IMG/VR virus record: IMGVR_UViG_2909251562_000002
From: a virus
Lineage: Duplodnaviria; Heunggongvirae; Uroviricota; Caudoviricetes
Strand: one strand, 5' to 3'
DNA: 28,381 bases
The notes under the pieces are model-generated. The model did no database searches and was not told the DNA's origin. It worked only from the letters and a program-made list of their open reading frames with translations. This document shows positions 28,271 to 28,381 of the stretch, one piece after another (position 1 is the first letter of the stretch; the number at the start of each line of letters is the position of its first letter). Position numbers and translations under genes: made by a program.

Positions 28271-28381
28271 TTAACACGCATGACTCTTGAAATCCATAAA
28301 TTCAAGCGCAGTGCCCAGCCATCCCGATACTGCTGCTTTCACCAAATCCTTAGTGCTTCTTTCGTGTTTTTCTATTGTCAT
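28271..28381 (-). pseudogene. ydfJ: 5' fragment of a ydfJ-like MFS transporter gene (36 codons) at the prophage junction
   Basis: Minus-strand ATG at the window edge; MTIEKHERSTKDLVKAAVSGWLGTALEFMDF then divergent residues and a stop; sits beside the integrase 3' end. Confidence 0.55.

Overview
This window is almost entirely a cryptic lambdoid prophage of the E. coli Qin type, sitting in the ydfJ transporter gene and carrying three insertion sequences. All names and family assignments are from memory of E. coli K-12 and phage lambda, not from a database search; coordinates come from the ORF track and manual translation. Gene order left to right: IS2 (cut by the window edge), ydfK-like gene, pin invertase, an orphan tfa 3' remnant, a 1094-aa side tail fiber with a C-terminal self-cleaving chaperone-like domain, a truncated lom, a Nu1-like small-terminase remnant interrupted by an IS66-family element, a cos-like site, small accessory genes (ydfO-like, gnsB-like, cspI), the lysis cassette (holin, ydfR-like, endolysin, Rz/Rz1), cspB and cspF, a late promoter and terminator, antiterminator Q, a ydfU-like gene, relBE-hokD, a dicC/dicA immunity region, the dicB operon with dicF sRNA, a full-length ydfE-like 823-aa protein, xis, and an integrase split by IS3. 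Head and tail-shaft genes, replication genes and the flxA/intK block are absent. I did not find a convincing new multi-gene system such as a defence island. The items most worth follow-up are the mosaic tail fiber with its orphan tfa remnant, the intact ydfE-like exonuclease-domain protein, the lom/terminase deletion junction with a divergent cos-like site, the TTAG-N6-CTAA operator family, and a few unannotated small ORFs.
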